Of a stretch of 64,000 nt of DNA, positions 62,475-64,000 are shown piece after piece. The stretch comes from Patescibacteria group bacterium. Its GTDB lineage: Bacteria; Patescibacteriota; Minisyncoccia; Phycocordibacterales; Phycocordibacteraceae. The stretch lies in assembly GCA_040384725.1 (NCBI GenBank), contig JAZKIS010000009.1, forward strand, positions 14,075 through 78,074, written 5' to 3'. The notes beneath the pieces were generated by a model. It was not told the DNA's origin and did not search any database. It was given only the letters and a program-made list of their open reading frames with translations. The position numbers and the translations under genes are program-made. Position 1 is the stretch's first letter; every line of letters starts with the position of its first letter.

Positions 62475-62502
62475 GAGAGCAAGATAATATTAAGCATACA
62501 TA

Positions 62503-62531
62503 TTGACAGAATAGCAAGTATCTGCTATTCT
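62503..62531 (+). promoter_or_regulatory. Sigma70 promoter containing an inverted repeat
   Basis: TTGACA-17-TATTCT; AGAATAGCA-N6-TGCTATTCT. Confidence 0.7.
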
Positions 62532-62568
62532 ATTCTTCAGAGGCGCTTGGCCTTTGAAGGGATAACAC

Positions 62569-63246
62569 ATGCGACATATGGTTCTTCTGGTGGCTTCGGC
62601 TGCTGCGGCTCTTTCCTGCGCCGGCCAAGCGGCCGCTCAGGATCGCTGGACCGGCTGGCAACTCGACGCCTTCGTCGGGAACACCACCGAATCCAGTTCG
62701 TCGGACGACCAGTATTTCGACAACGTCGAGCCCACGGGCACCACCTACGGCATCGGCGGCAGCTACCGCACCGTCCTGTTCGATGACCTGGTCGTCGGCG
62801 TCGAAGCCTCGGCCGCCATCGGGTCCGTCGAGGACTGGTTCACCGAGACGACCTGCACGGTCAGCGTCTGCGGCTTCAACGAGGAGGTCACCTATACGGT
62901 GAAGTCCTCGTACAGCGCCCGTCTCGGCGTTTCGCTGGGCCATGAGTTCGGTCCGGTGCTCATCTCGGGCCTGGCCGGCATCGAGGTCCGCGATCGCGGC
63001 ATCCTCACGGAAGTCGAGACCAGTGACCCCGACAACGAGGACTACTTCTACGACCAGACCTGGGCCGCCTTCGGCCCGTACTACGGTCTGCGGGTCGAGT
63101 ACGCCCTGACCGATCGGATCACGATCGGCGGTCAGCTGACTCGGTCGGACGTCGTCCAGTCCATCATCGAGTTCGATGATGGGGACGTCTACGAAGACGG
63201 CGCCGAGTACACCGAGGGCCAGATCCGTCTGAGCATGCGCTTCTAA
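62569..63246 (+). CDS. Outer-membrane beta-barrel protein (Omp25/RopB/OmpA-like), SD-led
   Basis: Signal peptide AAA|QD, WTG motif, amphipathic beta-strands, VEYALTD, C-terminal Phe. Confidence 0.8.
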   Translation: MRHMVLLVASAAAALSCAGQAAAQDRWTGWQLDAFVGNTTESSSSDDQYFDNVEPTGTTYGIGGSYRTVLFDDLVVGVEASAAIGSVEDWFTETTCTVSVCGFNEEVTYTVKSSYSARLGVSLGHEFGPVLISGLAGIEVRDRGILTEVETSDPDNEDYFYDQTWAAFGPYYGLRVEYALTDRITIGGQLTRSDVVQSIIEFDDGDVYEDGAEYTEGQIRLSMRF

Positions 63247-63276
63247 GCGCGACAACAGTACACTTCAGAAGTGATG

Positions 63277-63312
63277 GGCCCATTCCGCTTGCGGGATGGG
63301 CCTTCTTCTTTT
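63277..63312 (+). terminator. Intrinsic terminator of the beta-barrel gene
   Basis: GGCCCATTCCGC/GCGGGATGGGCC followed by a T-rich run. Confidence 0.8.
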
Positions 63313-63366
63313 CCTGATTCATTTATATACGAAAATGCTATACTGGCCCCACACTAAGAAATCACC

Positions 63367-63624
63367 ATGGATCAAAAGAACGTAACCATTTACACCACGC
63401 CGACCTGTCACTTCTGCCAGATGAGCAAGGAGTTCTTCAAGGAGAACAACGTCTCATACACGGAACACAACGTGGCCAACGACATGGAGAAGCGCCAGGA
63501 GATGATCGACAAGAGCGGTCAGATGGGCGTACCGGTCGTATTCATCGGTGACGATATGATCGTCGGCTTCGACAAGCGGAAGTTCGTCGAGCTCCTCGGA
63601 CTCGAAGAGGCTCCTGCAGCGTAA
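63367..63624 (+). CDS. Glutaredoxin-like (NrdH/YruB) protein
   Basis: YTTPTCHFC, SGQMGVPV, GFD. Confidence 0.92.
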   Translation: MDQKNVTIYTTPTCHFCQMSKEFFKENNVSYTEHNVANDMEKRQEMIDKSGQMGVPVVFIGDDMIVGFDKRKFVELLGLEEAPAA

Positions 63625-63685
63625 GCAAAAGAGCATACAGCCCGCATCCTGTATGGGTGCGGGTTTTATGCTACTCTCTCGATAC

Positions 63686-63757
63686 GCCTCCGTAGTTCAA
63701 TGGATAGAACATCTCACTCCTAACGAGACGATGTAGGTTCGATTCCTGCCGGAGGCA
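63686..63757 (+). tRNA. tRNA-Arg(CCT)
   Basis: GCCTCCG/CGGAGGC acceptor stem; loop CTCCTAA; T loop TTCGATT. Confidence 0.93.
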
Positions 63758-63782
63758 TGCAAATGATATAATTCGGCTACGT

Positions 63783-64000
63783 ATGCCACCGACCATAGAC
63801 GACACGAGCGAGCTCAAGAAGCTTCTTGAGGAAGACATTGCTATCGGCAAGGACAATAACCGTCTCCTGCGCGAGATGCGCCGGAACGCTATCCTCGGTC
63901 TTGTCGCGAAGATCGTGATCTGGCTCGTGCTCCTTGGTGTGCCGCTCTTCCTCCTTAGCACCTATCTGGGGCCTATCATGAATGCCGTTGCAGGCCAGTC
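63783..64000 (+). CDS. Hypothetical membrane protein (runs off the window end)
   Basis: MPPTIDDTSELKKLLEE...NNRLLREMRR followed by a TM helix; TATAAT 10 nt upstream. Confidence 0.7.
   Translation, partial: MPPTIDDTSELKKLLEEDIAIGKDNNRLLREMRRNAILGLVAKIVIWLVLLGVPLFLLSTYLGPIMNAVAGQ

Overview
A moderately GC-rich chromosome segment that looks like a Patescibacteria/CPR (Parcubacteria-type) bacterium. That placement is an inference from the minimal RNase P RNA, compact housekeeping genes, tRNAs without encoded CCA and typical membrane hypotheticals. It carries prfB, ftsEX, pyrG, metK with a SAM riboswitch, an RND pump, mltG, typA, a DEAD-box helicase, redox and DNA-repair genes, rnj, secG, groES/EL, lemA/htpX, rnpB, murJ, lepA and five tRNAs. 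A lower-GC defence island follows tRNA-Gln: DUF262, HEPN, wHTH-HNH-wHTH nuclease, NgoMIV-like C5 methyltransferase and a decapitated serine recombinase. The most striking pattern is two grammars of gene expression. Native genes are leaderless or have pyrimidine/AT-rich leaders without a Shine-Dalgarno (SD). About 11 scattered single-gene cassettes instead have a sigma70-like promoter, a leader with an SD-like motif and a flanking terminator hairpin. Two of them look alphaproteobacterial: a Caulobacterales-type XRE regulator and an outer-membrane beta-barrel, although CPR have no outer membrane. All family assignments are from motif recognition by eye; no searches were run.
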